DNA from: Myxococcota bacterium
Lineage (GTDB): Bacteria; Myxococcota_A; UBA9160; UBA6930
DNA length: 64,000 nucleotides
Direction of reading: 5' to 3'
Assembly: GCA_965223705.1 (NCBI GenBank)
Contig: OZ245015.1
Span: 3,168,001-3,232,000, forward strand
The notes below the pieces were generated by a model. The model saw nothing but the letters and a program-made list of their open reading frames with translations. It made no database searches and had not been told where the DNA came from. A program made the position numbers and the translations under genes. How positions within the stretch are numbered: position 1 is the first letter of the stretch; every line of letters begins with the position of its first letter. This document shows, in pieces, positions 63,933-64,000 of this stretch.

Positions 63933-64000
63933 TCAGAACCAGAAGCGAAAGCCCGCGACCAAGCTGAAGGCGCGCCGTTCTTCGCCGGAACGCCTCGCCG
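63933..64000 (-). CDS. partial 3' end of an outer-membrane protein, CopB-like
   Basis: translates ARRSGEERRAFSLVAGFRFWF*, resembling CopB C-termini; truncated by the window edge. Confidence 0.5.
   Translation of the reverse strand, partial: ARRSGEERRAFSLVAGFRFWF

Overview
GC-rich, densely coding chromosomal window from a Gram-negative bacterium (outer-membrane beta-barrel genes are present). The many acyl-CoA dehydrogenases, luciferase-like monooxygenases, amidohydrolases and BVMOs resemble uncultured Myxococcota/Binatota-like lineages, which is inference only. No rRNA, tRNA, CRISPR or transposase was seen. Main observation: four genes that the ORF track splits in two are single genes with an in-frame TGA exactly at a redox-active Cys position, each followed by a bacterial-SECIS-like hairpin. 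They are an ArsC-like protein (UxxC), a signal-peptide-bearing Cys-free peroxiredoxin (TPGU), an AhpD-like protein (CxxU) and an orphan PrdB/GrdB-like protein (UxxCC). Other notable systems: an FrhB/FpoF-like subunit in one operon with a 2-oxoacid:ferredoxin oxidoreductase; a 1465-aa secreted copper-radical-oxidase/NPCBM/beta-propeller/di-haem fusion next to two further di-haem peroxidases; a RutA-like monooxygenase paired with a LinE/PcpA-like dioxygenase; dimethylformamidase-like subunits; recurring leaderless-type promoters; Fur-like boxes; and a structured 300-bp intergenic region upstream of fhs. All family assignments are from motif recognition by eye, not database searches.
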